Below are positions 48,795 through 59,195 of a DNA stretch of 64,000 nt, piece by piece (positions within the stretch are counted from its first letter, which is position 1; the number at the start of each line of letters is the position of its first letter). Under the pieces are notes generated by a model that ran no database searches, was not told the origin of the DNA, and worked only from the letters and a program-made list of their open reading frames with translations. Location: NCBI GenBank assembly GCA_977017575.1, contig CDRNVI010000009.1:186001-250000 (forward strand). Reading direction: 5' to 3'. Source of the stretch: Paramoeba atlantica. Lineage: Eukaryota; Protista; Discosea. The position numbers were made by a program, and so were the translations under genes.

Positions 48795-48894
48795 AATTAA
48801 GTATCTAGTCGTTTTCGATGAATCGCGAAATGTAAAGTACGTAGTCATATCGTCTATTATGGCTTATAATAATTTGTTATTATCGTATACATTG

Positions 48895-49760
48895 CGGTGG
48901 TTGTATAACTACCGCTCTACCCTCAATTATTGAAAAAAAGTGAACAAAAACAGTGAAAATATAAAGAGGAACACAGTAATATAGTAGAAGAAAAAAATAT
49001 AAAAGGGGGCCCCGGTGGTCCAGAACTGAAAAAGTAATTCAAAAAAATGGGGGGTCCAGCGGGGGGTCCAGGGGGGGTCCAGCGGGGGGTCCAAGGGGGG
49101 GTCCAGGGGGGGGTCCAGGGGGGGGTCCAGGGGGGGGTCCAGGGGGGGGTCCAGGGGGGGTCCAGGGGGGGGATCCAGGGGGGGTACAGGGAGGGGTCCA
49201 GGGGTGGGCCCAGGGGGGGGTCCAGGGGTGGGTCCAGGGGGTGGGTCCAGGGGGGGTCCAGGGGAGGTCCAAGGGGGGGGCCAGGGGTGGGTCCCAGGGG
49301 TGTCCAGGGGGGAGGTCCAGGGGGGGGGATCCAGGGGGGGGGCGAAAACCTGGCGAAAACCGCATATTCCTCATTGACGTGGTGAAGGAAACTACTTTGT
49401 CAAAAATAGTGAAGAATCTTCATCGTGCGCTGCAAAACATTTTCGCGCCACAAAAAATGAAAATTTTGAAAAAAATATTTTTCGAAATGAACTCCCAGAA
49501 AGGGTAGCCGAGGTCTTGGTGCACATTTTCCACCCCCGTACTGAGGGACGACTCCCCCTGGTATCAACAGGACGAGGCCGCCAAGTTCGAGTTTTTCTGA
49601 AAAGAAAGTTGAGAAAAAAGTCAACTTGGCGAAAAACATGGCTTTAAAGACAGCTTTTCAAAATCGTTTCACCTATAGTAGTTTGAGAGTTTGGGACCTA
49701 TACTAGCTTTCTACGCCGTTGTTTTCACAAGATACCCCTTCTTGAAGCCGTGACACGTCT
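48895..49760 (-). mobile_element. Repeat family X, copy 2
   Basis: Reverse-complement match to 39300-39785. Confidence 0.7.
49049..49340 (+). repeat. G-rich (GGGGGGGTCCA)n minisatellite
   Basis: About 25 G-run units. Confidence 0.95.
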
Positions 49761-51199
49761 CCCAAAATGACGTCCACAAAAATAGGTGTCCTTGCAAAAC
49801 CCGGCAAAACTGAACAGGTTTCAAACCTCCTAATTACGGGACACTTTTGACCAAAAGGGTGTCCCTTAATTAAGATGTCCCGTAATAAAATTCCTCCCTG
49901 TACTATACCCCCCCTGCTTATGAGTTCCTCCAATTCTGGTACGCTTATGAGTTCCTTTTTCTAAGGCGAGTGTTTTTGTACCAACTTTTTGCGAAACGAT
50001 TTTTTTTGAACTGAACAAAAAATTATAAAATTCCCAACTACTGTACGTCAGGCTGCTGTACATACTTGCACACTAAGCGGACAATCTTTTTGGTGCCAGT
50101 ATCATCGTAAAGGAGAGCCCGCGACGCTTCGCGCCGCGGACCCTAATTTTCGCTTTTTTATGGCCCGATTTCTGGTCTGGTGCGCTTATGAGTTCCTTTT
50201 TCTCAAAACGAGGGAACTCATAAGCAAGGGGGGTATACATGTAGTAATATGACTTTTGCCTGATTTGATCTTGAATGTTGACATGTAAGATTGTATGGCC
50301 ACGAGCTGAATGAGTACGAACACTCGGTACAAGGGAGTGCCAATTATTGCCCATGAACATGAATTGATTGAATGAAGCTAAGGAAAGCCTTCACCCAATC
50401 GTTCTACGGTTCTATCCGAAATTCTGGGCGAAGAGGTGAGTATGCAGGTGTCGCACTTGAGGTGCACCTTGCGGACTTCGATGATAAGCTTCAAAGCGCC
50501 ATCGGAAAGCTGCGTCAATGGCATGGAATGCTAGAGACGCACAGCAGCTAGATTGCCAGGCTAAGGTTGGGGTCCTGGAAATGTTATTAGACACTGTACA
50601 GGTGTTGATGCGAGTTGTTCCTTCCGCTCAGGACCTCTATGAAAAATTATCTTCGCCAGATCTGACAATGAAAGAGATGCATCAGACCCTACGCGTTGCA
50701 TTTTCTTCTCTTGATACTGATATTGAGACAGCTAAGCGTGCCCGTGTACAAGACTCCGAAGTTGGGTGGAGTTACGCGTTGGATTTCAGACAAATTTTTA
50801 TCAATTCAGTGCCTTGCACAGGGGCTCCCAACTGTTGCTCGGTTCATACAACGTCTTGCGCTGGTCCCCGCGTGGACACCCGTTCGCGACAGGGAGAGTC
50901 GACGCATCTCTCGGTAAGTGAATTTTATAATATTATTAGTTTGGTCAAATTGGTTTCTACGGAAAGTTTCAAATTCAATTGTAAAATAAAACGGGTAATA
51001 TGCAGTACAAATGTAGGTTGAAAGTGAAGTTTTTCGATATTTTTCGAATTCATTTTTTTTGAAGGAAATATGCAGGAGAAATAATTTCAATAGGAATTCG
51101 AACTTTTTTGGAAACATACTCCCTGTATTTCGGACCTTTTTCACTTTCTAAATGCTCTGTGCAACGTGTACTACTTTGGCCTATTTGCTGCCAAAGAAG

Positions 51200-51560
51200 G
51201 GTTTGGGTGTTTCTTGTCGTATCAAGCATCTATTGGAAACTCAAAATCAACTCTTCAAGCCTACCGCAGTGCCTTACTATTTTATCAAGAGTGTCAGGAT
51301 TTCGACCTCGAGGCAGGTGAGCGCCCTTGGGCGTCAGACCGCCTCATACTTCGGGCAGTGGACGGGGCTGCCGTGGAGGGGGAATATAACAGAAGGCGAA
51401 AATGTCCACGAGGATACGTATCAGAAGGTATGCTCCAGGAGCTTGTACAATGGCTTCAACCAGGAGTCAATGGACCGCAGCTCGCAAGAGCATTTCGTGT
51501 ACAGTATTACGCTGCCCTTCGATCCTGCGAGGTGGAAAAATATGTGGAGGAGATCTACGC
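51200..51560 (+). mobile_element. Tyrosine-recombinase N-terminal fragment (TATE/VIPER/DIRS-like)
   Basis: STLQAYRSALLFYQ...PWAS...RGYVSEGMLQELV...YYAALRSCEV. Confidence 0.55.
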
Positions 51561-52009
51561 GGCGAAGGCTCGTGGTCGCACCTTCTCATCCGGCATGACA
51601 AAACAAAGCGATACTCAACAGACAGATGCTAGGGGTAGAGATGCTAACTTGTCAACGAATCGCTGCATTTTCGGAACTTGGCCCTCTACCCATTTTTGCT
51701 CTAGGACTGGATCCCGAGCTACGTAAGCCCCCAATAATTTCTGGCCATCGTAGCTATGCGTGATCTCCGTGTCTTTGAAGGCTGAGAATTGTTCCGCTTG
51801 ATGTGTACTCACCTGGCATTTGGCTTTATTTATTTTCAGACCGACTTTGGACAGCGAATTCAAAAGGAAGGAGAATGCATCCCGAACGTGTTCTGGGGCA
51901 CCTAGGAGGGTGACATCGTCAAGATAGGCCTTCAGTTTCACCCGATTTGCGAAGCGCCTCACTGTATCATCTAGGATTCATGTATTCATGAATGCCTCAC
52001 ATGTATCAT

Positions 52010-53464
52010 CTAGGACATCATGTATTCCGATGGAAAAGAGGAATGTCGTTCGCCAAAGGGATCCCCTTGGCGAACACCGCGTGTGCTCGCGACGGTGTCC
52101 TGATGCGGGAGGATGAGTCGCCCGGGCATTGTGTAGCAGAAAAAGAAGTATCCAAGTAGGGGCTTGAATTTGGCCCCGGACTTTAAGGCGCTTCGTATGC
52201 TGTCTCGATAGAGACAATCGAAGGCGTTGGCGACATCTACTGACATAAGAACATTGGATGGGTCCGCGCTGAAATCTCGGCGGGAGTTGACATGATGGCA
52301 GTCGTGAGCGGTTCCTACCCCGTACTGAGTACCACGGAAGTGATTAGGAAGGAGGTGAGATATCGCTTGTGTTACGAAGGAACCCGCTAGTTTCACAAAT
52401 AGTTCACCCAGAGCAATTGGCCGGCACGGGGGAAGGGTCTGTTCTTCGTCGCTTTTACGGATTAGTATAAGCTTCGAAGTTGTTAAGGCCTCACGGAGAT
52501 CAGACGGTAAGGAATTTTCGACAATACCGTTAATGATCCAAAGGAGACAATGGTTCACTTCCCGGTCCTCTAATAGAGGGAAAAGAAGTTCTTTCGTCCA
52601 TCCGGAGGGACCCGGAGCGGACCCACGAGCTTGCCTTCGATTGGCTTCCTTGATCGCCTCGATTTTGACGTCAGCCCTTGGTACTGCGTCTGAGTCAGAC
52701 TCCATTTTGGGTCCTCTCGGGTGTAGATGTTCCGCCACGGCCTTGGCTTGTTCTCTTGTGAGCGGCTTTCTCTCCTTGGTGTCCAGGGCTCGTGCAGCTT
52801 TGCCGATTGCCCCCACCTTTAAGAAACGTAAGGCCCGGGTGGTTGGGTCACCGTGCTGGGACCCGAGATCGCAACGTTTTTTGATGTATTCCGGTTCGGC
52901 CTGCGTTGAGCGAAGTCGAAGTTCCTTTGCAAATTGTCTTTGAGTCAGCTTTTCGACTGGCAGAAAGAGGTAACGCTTGACTGCAGAGAGCAGCCGCCAG
53001 GCTTTAGTTTCTTTTCCGGAGAGGGTTGAGGAATCAAAGCCGGCACATATGTTTTGACACACATCCTTCCATCCTGGCAGTTGGGGAAAAGATAATTTCC
53101 TGAAGGTGGGTCTGTGCAGGAGGCTTAGATATCGGTCCAAATGGGTTTTCCCACATGCAGCCGGTGGGCGAACAACGCTAGTGAGAGGGAAGCCTTTTGC
53201 TTCTTTCACTAACTCAGGTGTTGTCGTCTCAATGGGATTCGGATCGGACATCGAGCCCGCGTGGGTCTGGATAGTTGCGAGGTCCAACGTACCTGTAGGC
53301 GAGAACTTTTTTCCTGGGGGACGGCCTCGCTTCGTTCCTGGACCAGGATTGCTCTCGATGCCACCTCGAATGAGTTGGGTGCGCACTTGTGCCTTGGACC
53401 AGCCCGAGTTGGCGATTAGGCTTTTGGTCGGAAGGAAACAAAAAAATCCAAAAATCCAAATCAT
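52010..53464 (-). CDS. CRE-type reverse transcriptase ORF2 (frameshifted; continues 51615-51962)
   Basis: RT motifs; N-terminal GGIESNPGP, followed by AT-hook-like KRGRPP. Confidence 0.85.
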   Translation of the reverse strand: MIWIFGFFCFLPTKSLIANSGWSKAQVRTQLIRGGIESNPGPGTKRGRPPGKKFSPTGTLDLATIQTHAGSMSDPNPIETTTPELVKEAKGFPLTSVVRPPAACGKTHLDRYLSLLHRPTFRKLSFPQLPGWKDVCQNICAGFDSSTLSGKETKAWRLLSAVKRYLFLPVEKLTQRQFAKELRLRSTQAEPEYIKKRCDLGSQHGDPTTRALRFLKVGAIGKAARALDTKERKPLTREQAKAVAEHLHPRGPKMESDSDAVPRADVKIEAIKEANRRQARGSAPGPSGWTKELLFPLLEDREVNHCLLWIINGIVENSLPSDLREALTTSKLILIRKSDEEQTLPPCRPIALGELFVKLAGSFVTQAISHLLPNHFRGTQYGVGTAHDCHHVNSRRDFSADPSNVLMSVDVANAFDCLYRDSIRSALKSGAKFKPLLGYFFFCYTMPGRLILPHQDTVASTRGVRQGDPFGERHSSFPSEYMMS

Positions 53465-54027
53465 TCCGGATCGCTCCGGATGGTCACTGGCAAGCCAGAC
53501 CCTTCACAGACAGATTTGGAAGTTCCGAGGCCGACGTCCTCTACCAGTTTCCGCTTGTCCAAGGCGGCACCAACGTGCTGTTGCCAACACGTTGCGTCGA
53601 CGAACTGCACGCCAACACGGCTTACCCAAGAGGTGTAAGCCGGGTTAGGGAGCTGGTTCCCTGAGGGGAGGGTCCGGGACGGTCCTCCGAGTACTGGGCC
53701 TAGTCGGTTATCAGCCCAGCCTCTTAGAGTGAGGCCGCCAGGAATATTGCGATGAGTGGGTTTGAACTCGCCGTCTGAGCACCATGTGCTTCAAACTTTG
53801 AGTTCTTGCCACTCCGCCACCTCCGCTCCTTTGGTGCGCACGCCGGGAGACGAAGGAAACACCAAACGGTGCCCATACGCTCCGAATGAAAGGCGCTCCA
53901 TGCGCTACCCATCTCCACATCGATGCCTAGCTGCTCACACAGTAGTGCTGGGAGGCATTGAGGTTCGAAATTCATTGGCACACGCACCGCGTTTTTCGAG
54001 GAGTGTATTCCATAAATCTGAATCGGG

Positions 54028-55368
54028 TCACCCGTGTCCTCTAGATCTCCGGGGGGGGAGGTGAAGCGAGGCTACCATATTAGCAGACTCGGAGAGCCCC
54101 CCTAAGCGCAGGTTCGGTGGAAGAATAGCCCCAGAGGAACTTTCCATGAGGGCGATCATGTGTTTTCGTAGGCCAATGGCTTTGCCGACTTCGGTTTTCA
54201 CCTCTTCAATCCGTGTCACAGGGCTCAAACCGTGGATACGAACCTGTCCAGATTGTTGTGGACCTAACGAGAGAGACACTGAGATGCCAGTATCAGTAGA
54301 AAGGGGTTCCTCCAGATCCTCATCCACCTCGATGTCTTCCGGGAATTCGATATCGACCCAGTTTTTTGATCTCATCTGGTTGTTTCGAAGCCTATCTTCG
54401 CTGGAGCGCCTTTCTCGCTGCCGAAGAGCTGCCAAGCCTGCGAAGTGCCTCGCTGCTAGCTCCACTAGCTCGTCCTCCGATTCTCTTAAGAGCGCCTTGT
54501 AGGCTTTTTGCTTTGCGAAGAGCAGATATTGACCTCGTCGTGCCAAGGATTTTTGGAGTTTCACCACATGAATTTCTTTGTAGTGAGTGTCTAGTTGTAG
54601 TTTGTCGTTGAAGGTTTTGTGGCATACCGAGCACGCGTGTCCTTCGCGCTCGATGACTTCTAGAGATTTCTGGGTCCGAATGAATTCCGACGCGCACGCC
54701 TGAAGGTATGCATGCTCCAAGTTACGCCGAAGTAAAAATTCCTCGAATTCCAGCTCGATTTTCTGTGTCTCGGCTGTGTGTTGTTTAAGAGCCCTTACCC
54801 AAGGACGAGGGTCGAACACTTGTTCGGCTTCCGGGGGGATGAACTTGCTTTTTACGAGTTGCAGCCGATCGTCGAAGCTTAAGATTTGTTTGGACGGGAG
54901 GGTCCGTTTTTGCCTTAAGTTCGTTACACCGTCTGCGTTGCCGGACCGCACTGCTGATGCGTACGTCGGAGGTGTTTGGCGCTTGGGTCCGGGGTTGGGC
55001 CACGCCGAGCTTTCGCTCCGTGGGTTGATGAATGAGTTTACATTTCTTTGGGGAGTGCCTGTTCCCCGCGGGGGTCGGGAGGGTTTGAAGCCAGATCCTC
55101 GAAAACAAGGCGGGCAACAAGTGAAACTGCTGCGTCGAGGCCCAAACATAGCCTGACACTGGTCGCATTTGCGTCGCGGGTTCTCGTGGTCCTCGCGGCG
55201 TATTAGTTTGTTGCAGAGGAGATTCACTTTCTCTTTCATTTCTTCCATTCCATCCGATTCGTCTTGTGATTCAAAACATCGGAGGCAGGTGCGGTGGGTT
55301 GGCTTTTCTGGCTTGAACGTCCGGCGACAAGAGCTGCATCGTCTCTTGCCCACCTGCCAAGGAAGCAT
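54028..55368 (-). CDS. ORF1: Cys-rich fingers, C2H2 finger, coiled coil, ubiquitin-like C-terminal domain
   Basis: CSSC..CLRC, CDQC..CPPC, CSVC..H..H; TRIEEVKTEVGKAIGL...LHL. A C8 homopolymer may shift the frame into 53724-53987. Confidence 0.7.
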   Translation of the reverse strand: MLPWQVGKRRCSSCRRTFKPEKPTHRTCLRCFESQDESDGMEEMKEKVNLLCNKLIRREDHENPRRKCDQCQAMFGPRRSSFTCCPPCFRGSGFKPSRPPRGTGTPQRNVNSFINPRSESSAWPNPGPKRQTPPTYASAVRSGNADGVTNLRQKRTLPSKQILSFDDRLQLVKSKFIPPEAEQVFDPRPWVRALKQHTAETQKIELEFEEFLLRRNLEHAYLQACASEFIRTQKSLEVIEREGHACSVCHKTFNDKLQLDTHYKEIHVVKLQKSLARRGQYLLFAKQKAYKALLRESEDELVELAARHFAGLAALRQRERRSSEDRLRNNQMRSKNWVDIEFPEDIEVDEDLEEPLSTDTGISVSLSLGPQQSGQVRIHGLSPVTRIEEVKTEVGKAIGLRKHMIALMESSSGAILPPNLRLGGLSESANMVASLHLPPRRSRGHG

Positions 55369-55388
55369 AGATGAGAGAATAAAAGAAA

Positions 55389-55441
55389 CAACAAGGTACA
55401 GAAACTGTATCTTTATCGTTAAAGACGTCTTTATCGTTAAA
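55389..55441 (-). ncRNA. Spliced-leader exon copy with duplicated 5' part
   Basis: TTTAACGATAAAGAC-GTCTTTAACGATAAAGATACAGTTTCTGTACCTTGTTG; contains the kinetoplastid SL core ACAGTTTCTGTAC. Confidence 0.85.
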
Positions 55442-55540
55442 CAGACTTTCGTACTAAGTACGGATAGTACGGTATTAGGTACGGTACTATCGTACTAGGT
55501 AAATGTGTGTGTAGTAGACGTCAGCAATGTAATAATATAA

Positions 55541-55611
55541 TAGCGCACGCTGCGGTACAAAATTGGTACCGTAGGGGCGTGCGTTAAGTGGGCTTTGGGG
55601 ATTACAAAAAA
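55541..55611 (+). mobile_element. Extreme 3' end of CRE family C
   Basis: tagcgcacgctgcggtacaaaattggtaccgtaggggcgtgcg matches the reverse complement of about 35456-35505. Confidence 0.8.
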
Positions 55612-55794
55612 CTGTAATAATGCCTTTGAAGTACAAATTGCAAATTATGCGTAGAAACCACACGCTCGGTGCAAGTGGTTATATACTTGTAGCTGTCGTA
55701 CACACTTCGTTTATGAGAACAGCCGACTACTACTGATAAAAACGTACGCATACTACATTTTGTACATTACAGTATAATAAACTCATAGCAGGTA

Positions 55795-56556
55795 ATGAAT
55801 GAGCCTGTTGATAATCTTGAATACGGAACGGTGTATGGAACCGCCTTTGCCCACCAGCCTTATCCCATGCAACTACGGACTCTTGACCCTATCATGGTAG
55901 CAAGCCGCCTTCACCTAAAAACTCTTCATGATGTTGCAACTCAACGAAATTATATGTGGGGAAAGAAATGCATCACCGTGCTTACTAGTAGTCAAGAATT
56001 TATGCAGGCGACTAACTTTGAAGCCTTTCACGGTAAACTTGGATCAGGATCAGGATCTAAGTGGCGGGATCATCTAGTTGAGCTTTCTTCGTACGGAGTA
56101 TTGCGTAGAGTACATGATTTTCGTACCGATTCTCGTCTTTATCTGCGATATTTTGAGGTTCCGAAAGATGAAGTTTCATCACGAAGCATCGTGGATGGTA
56201 CTTTGATCAACGAAAGATGTGCGACTCCTCCCAGTCTAAACTGCCCTGGTCTAGCTGAGGTGATTCATGTTACATCATGCTTTCCGAGTGGATTTTTTTT
56301 GACAGCAGACATTCGCCACTTTTTCCATCAAATTCGGATCCCAACGGCTGTAGGTCGTCTCTTCTCAATAAAATGTAAGGATGAAACTTTCGAATTACAA
56401 GTTCTTCCAATCGGATTTTCGTGCGCACCCTATCTTGCGCAATGCCTTGCGTGGATAGTGGTCTTGGAAGCTTGCCCTACAGGTTATGAGATGGTACATG
56501 TCCGAAGCGCATCTGACCCACCTCCGGGGACATGTTCTTTAGGACGCCTTTTATGA
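55795..56556 (+). mobile_element. TATE/VIPER (DIRS-like) reverse transcriptase fragment
   Basis: YFEVPKD..SRSIVD, TADIRHFFHQI, LPIGFSCAPYLAQ. Confidence 0.8.
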
Positions 56557-56682
56557 AACTGAAAATAATCTAAGATTCTAGTTAAGAAACTTATTCAACA
56601 GAATATCTAAGAGCCACTCCGCCATATTGTAGAAATCATGTCCATGTTACTAGGTCTTTAAAAATTATCATGTTGATTGCTT

Positions 56683-57190
56683 TTAAAATTCGGTGAGATT
56701 AATCTCCATTCCCAAAACGTGCGCTTCTTGCGTTGGGGCGAGAGTCATATCGTCCAAGGCCAATCTCGTACTTATCGCTCTTGATCTAAATTCTGAGCAG
56801 CGCCTCTCTAAGTCTTCTTTCGTATTTGCGTAAATGAAAAAATTGTCAACCCATGCTAGACCTAAACCACGAACAAGACGGTTCGATGCGCGTTGCGCTA
56901 TGGCCGGAGCCCATGACCAACCCATGGGCATCGAGGTGAATTGTACCGAAGAGTATGTACCGCGCGCCCGGCCTAGGTGAGCTCCAAAGAAAGGACGTAT
57001 AGAGGGGTGCATTTCAAACTGGTAGAAGTAACTTTTTGCGTCTGTTTGAGTCATCCAGTTTGCGCTCAAAATCTCGCTAATAACCGTTTGAATGCGAGGT
57101 AAGTGCATATCGGGAGGCTTTTCGAACGCGCGAATTAATTTTCTGCAATCAGCCACGAGTCGAAGTCGGGCATCTTTCTTGGGGACCGTA
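56683..57190 (-). mobile_element. Second DIRS/VIPER-like RT fragment, cut by the SL-headed element
   Basis: FTVPKKDARLRLVADCR, DAKSYFYQF, MPMGWSWAP, WVDNF. Confidence 0.85.
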
Positions 57191-57191
57191 A

Positions 57192-57495
57192 AGTTTCTGT
57201 ACCTTGTTGGTACTTAACCTTAGTTTATCCTTTCTTTCCCCGGCAACGGGCATACTCTTACTGTATTTTCATGCCCGTTGCCGGCCGGCGCTAAGGCTGG
57301 AACTGTCCCCCTTTATCGCTGAAGCAGGGGAAGCGTCTCCATCCCTTCACCCTTCCCCGACTCACTCCCCTGGAGTGAGTGCTTCTCCCTCTCGGCTTCT
57401 TTCCTCCCGACCCGTACCTCTCCGAGAGGGCTAGGCGTCACGGTGACCTCCCTTGAGGACCACTAGACGCGTCCCTCGCTGCCCGCGAGAAAGAG
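57192..57495 (+). ncRNA. SL exon 3' half + GT donor + ~290-nt structured RNA, copy 1 (candidate SL RNA or SL-derived element)
   Basis: AGTTTCTGTACCTTGTTG|GTAC; GTACC/GGTAC stem; 14-bp CCGGCAACGGGCAT/ATGCCCGTTGCCGG hairpin and others. Confidence 0.65.
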
Positions 57496-57739
57496 GAAAT
57501 GTTAAAAATGGCAGAAAATGACAATGCAATTTACATTTGCACGACTGGTAAAATATTTTACTTGTCCTTTACAAAAAAATAGGAAATCTAAGTTTTCAGC
57601 ATTTTTTGGAAATTTTGATACCCCCGTGACTTTGCACATCAGGAAATTTTCAAAAACAGAAAAATGTGCAAAGTCAGGGGGGATGCAAAGTCAGGGGGTA
57701 CTAACGGTAATTTTTTTCTGAAAAATTAGGAATGGCGTT

Positions 57740-59195
57740 TATAGAAATTAAAACTGGTCGCCAGTACATCCAGTGAGTGGTCATCGCTCATCTCCCACAG
57801 CCTTTGGTAAAATAGACGAGACCGTGTGATAGGGGCGATCTCGCCGTCGTTCCGGTAAACTCTTGTACTTGGTGGTTTACTTAGCTGCGTACGTGGGATT
57901 GAACTGTCTTCGTTGTGTTGCTTATGGGCAACTGCTGCTATTTCAGCGGAGTTTTGTACTAATATAGGCTCTGGATTCGGTTCAATTAATGTATTCTATC
58001 AAAATTTAAATTTCCTATTTTAACTGGAAGATTATCTACCAAAAACTTTCGCAACGTCAATGCAGCACTTTTCATAGAAGTTCGGTCGCATCTTGTAGCC
58101 CCAGAGCCATTGCCACCTCTAGCCTGGGAAGATACAGGGGTATCCATAAAATTTCGAGATCTTTGTGTTTCGCTAGGGCTTGAATTATCGATAAAGGAGC
58201 GCCTTGGGATAGAAGCGACACCGATGCCCCCCTTTTGACAGAATGCGCCGATAGAGAGGGGTTGACGCATTTCAAGACCGCGTTTGCTCTGGCTGTCGTA
58301 AGATTCTAAATTTTTTTCTCCAAGCTTAGAACCTCCATCTGTGTCTTGAAAATGCGAAATTCGTTGGCATTGCACTTTACCGGCACGGCCGTCCCCACTC
58401 GGAAGGGGTCCCCTTTTTGAACGGGAAAAACTACGGGTTTGATTCTCTTTTCCTCGTTTACTATTTCCAAGTCCTTCCTTCGGAGATGAACGACATCGTC
58501 TATCCGACTGCATGTTTTCCACGCCGGGAGTAATCCTACTCCTTCTTGCCGGAGCATCCATTCGTAGGCCTCGTCTATTTCTTCCCTCTTGGCGGGAGGG
58601 GCTTGGTGTTCGGGAATTAGTGCCCCTTTCCGACAGAGTGCTCGCATATAAGATTTTACTACCGTGGCATCCATGGACCCTCCTGTTCGAAAGATTATTT
58701 GGATTAAGAATTTTGCGTAAGTGTGTGCTGTTTGCGTACTGATGAGAGGTTTCTGCGTTTGCGGATGTACCGTTCTTTGCTTCGCTTCTAAAAAACACAC
58801 CACGCACCACTCCTCGGTTGGGCAATCCTCTCCCAATGTTTCCTTCCACGTCAGAAACTGCTTGTACACGCTTGATAGATGATTCCATCGACCTTCTGAT
58901 TTTTCGTTGAGCAGTTGTTTTTGACCCGGTTCTATCAATTCCCGCACGCTTATATCGGGAATCAAGGCTCTGGTCTCGCAGTTTCCTTCTATCCGATCGA
59001 GAAACAGCCCTGTCGTGTGTGTCATATTTTTTGTTTTTGATCTCGCTATGATACCAGTTATGGCCCGTCGGCTTGTGGATGGCTGAGTGTACTCCTCGCG
59101 ATGATGATAAAAAGTATCCGCCTTCTGTACGGTTGGTTCTTGGTAGTCTTCTTCCTCCCCTAAACGAGTTAAAGAAATTTCTATCAGTGTTTTTT
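57740..59195 (-). mobile_element. TATE/VIPER-like element: tyrosine recombinase with one in-frame TAG, plus overlapping ORF
   Basis: 59025-58072 is one frame: WKTCSRIDDV...KGDPF...*...HSVKRGA...LAKH...LY. Confidence 0.85.

Larger units (their letters stand above)
51615..55441 (-). mobile_element. CRE/SLACS-like non-LTR retrotransposon, SL-headed, 3'-truncated
   Basis: SL exon, ORF1 (55368-54028), ORF2 RT (53464-51615: GSAPGPSGW, RPIALGE, QYGVG, DVANAF, GVRQGDP, AYLDDV). Confidence 0.85.

Noticed and set aside
49039-49507. Pro- and Gly-rich ORFs
   Set aside because: Translations of the G-rich minisatellite.
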